Part shown: piece after piece, positions 61,990 through 64,000 of the stretch
Numbering within the stretch: the first letter of the stretch is position 1
Layout of the letters: each line of letters starts with the position of its first letter
From: the human T2T-CHM13v2.0 reference genome, Homo sapiens
Assembly: GCF_009914755.1 (NCBI RefSeq)
Contig: NC_060939.1
Strand: one strand, 5' to 3'
Length of the DNA: 64,000 nt
Notes under the pieces: model-generated
The model's input: the letters and a program-made list of their open reading frames with translations, nothing else
The model's database searches: none
What the model was told of the DNA's origin: nothing
Made by a program: the position numbers and the translations under genes

Positions 61990-62125
61990 GGCCAGTTGTG
62001 GTGGCTCACGCCTGTCATCCTAGCACATTAGGGGACCAAGGCAGGAAGATACCTGGAGGCCAGGAGTTCAAGATCAGCCTGGGAAACATAATGAAATCAC
62101 ATCTGTATTTCAAAAAATAAACAAA
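61990..62125 (+). mobile_element. FLAM or Alu left monomer
   Basis: ggccagttgtggtggctcacgcctg..aggagttcaagatcagcctgg + A-rich end. Confidence 0.85.
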
Positions 62126-62234
62126 TAAGGCTTGCCCTTACTTCATATAACCATTATTTACTAATAGGACATCATGGTTAAAAACAAAAATGTACCTGAT
62201 ATTGTAGCATATAAAAGAGACTTTTATAATGTAT

Positions 62235-64000
62235 CAGTTTAGAAAGCTTTAGGTTGTAACAGTCAACCCAGTTCACAGTAGCATAAACAAATATGGATAA
62301 ATTTCTCACAAGACACAAAATCTTGAACAGAGCAACAGCTAAAGTTGGTTCACTAATCAATGATGTCATCAATATTTTCAGTATTTTTTCTCCACCATCC
62401 TAAATGTGTTAACTTTTTGTACTCATTTTTATTGCCTAATGGTTCCAAGATGGTCACTTCAGCTTTAAGCATCACATCTAAGGTCAAACCCAGAAAAGGG
62501 GTTACCCCAGCCCTGTCTGACCCTTTTATCAGAAAAGAGGAAAGCCTTCCGTGAAGTCCCCCAGCAGACTCATGGACTAGAACTGTATTACATGGCCACT
62601 GTAGCAATAAGTTTTAAAAATCTAGTATTTAACTTTTCTAATTTTTATGGTGAAAATAAGGAATAGATATTGGATTGGATAACCAATAGTGTCTGTCACA
62701 GTCCTCAACCCAACATGCACATACACACTTCTTCTCACACCTATGCATTAAACAGAACATACTCATTCTCTCCTCAAGAAAGACAACCCTACTGTCTCAT
62801 CCAATTACTGCAAACAGCTTTAAACAGAATCCCTGGGTGATTTTCTATCTGCTATATCAAGTGCAAATACGGCAATTCCTATCTGACCATCTGAATAGGC
62901 AAAAGATAAGATATCTATCTCTAAGCCATCCTCCTTTGTTAATATAACTGTGAAAAAGAAAGAACAGAGTAACCCCATTAAAATTCCCATTCAGAAAAGG
63001 GAATAATGGGAAGCACACATTGTCAACAGCCCACAATCCACACCATTATCTTAAGGACAGAAACAGCAGATTCCTTGGCAGGCAGTAAAGTAAATTCCCT
63101 GGTTAGTCAATCTGCTAGGTCCTGCTATAAGTCTCAGGAGCATCTGCTTTGTCATTGCCCTCTTTGGCGACATCTAAGGTAGTTTCTAAACAGACACCCT
63201 TCCCAGGGGCTCCAAAGCTTTTGCAGCCCACTTCACACTGGTTTGACTTAGAGTGGTGGATATGACAATTGCTTGGAGGGAAAAACTTCTGTTTTATTTG
63301 CTTCACATCAACTCCTTGTGTGAATAACCATAGCTAAAAAAAAAAAAAACACTTCCAAATAATCTTTAGGCCTGGGGATTCTTATCTCTTAGCTGCTGAC
63401 CTATGAACTCTTAAATAGACTTGAGGCAATTCTAACAATAGCTTTAGGTGGAGAGGTACTACCACTAATCCCTGCAAAATTCCAAATTATGAGGTTCTTT
63501 GTCAATTTAGAGCAGGAGCTAAAGGCAGAATACTTCTATGGCGAACTGCATCCCCACCACCACCACTGCGCGTTCAATGCTGAGGAGCACTAATTTGAGT
63601 TCACCCCCTTCTATAGGATCCTACTGAAAAGTCACAAGAAGTAATTAATACATGCCAATATTCCAGATTTTTCCTATTGCTTCTCCTTATATTATAGCCT
63701 CCATTTCCACAGAGCCAGCCTGCCATTGAACGGCAGGCACAAGTTAATCAAATGCCTTGCGGTCACATAACAAGGGTAATAACTTTCCTCTCATCTTTCT
63801 CTGTTAAGTCTGGAGGTAGGTAGTCCAAAGCCAGAACTGCTGTTCAACAATGCCCCAGTCTCTTTCTGTCCATCTACTCCAAGGTCCACAGCTTGTGAGA
63901 ATATTTTAGCCTCATGCTTGTCATCTCATGGTTACAAGATGCCTGCTATAGCTCCTGGCTTCATGATTCCATTTAAGGCACAAAGAGAGGAGAAAGAGTA
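62235..64000 (-). mobile_element. Old MLT1 MaLR remnants (LTR ~62235-62700, probable internal region, LTR from ~63715)
   Basis: ggttccaagatggtcacttcagct and ggttacaagatgcctgctatagctcc LTR motifs; accaatagtgtctgtcaca end. Confidence 0.55.

Overview
Human (catarrhine primate) genomic DNA; most of the window is transposon-derived. It contains the 5' end of NRG4 (neuregulin-4) on the minus strand: a probable non-coding first exon (~41.0-41.1 kb), the ATG exon (39938-40003) and the first EGF-domain exon (37917-38010, DHEEPCGPSHKSFCLNGGLCYVIPTIPSPFC). Bases 1-37916 belong to a long intron; the next canonical coding exon is not in the window. Nearly all ORF-track entries are L1, Alu or Tigger artefacts. 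Repeat subfamily names come from recalled consensus motifs, not from a search. The most notable observations are: (1) a heavily decayed intronless USP17/USP42-like deubiquitinase pseudogene at 16.5-17.6 kb, directly after a MaLR LTR; (2) a Tigger2-derived cassette exon (34454-34526) that would give NRG4 a truncated EGF domain with an acidic tail; (3) stacked uORFs in the NRG4 5'UTR whose frame depends on two splice donors 17 nt apart; (4) an L1PA7 apparently split into two complementary, oppositely oriented pieces separated by 6.6 kb of older DNA; (5) a tailless U4 snRNA retrocopy. I found no evidence for a wholly new biological system; the findings are hypotheses to test.
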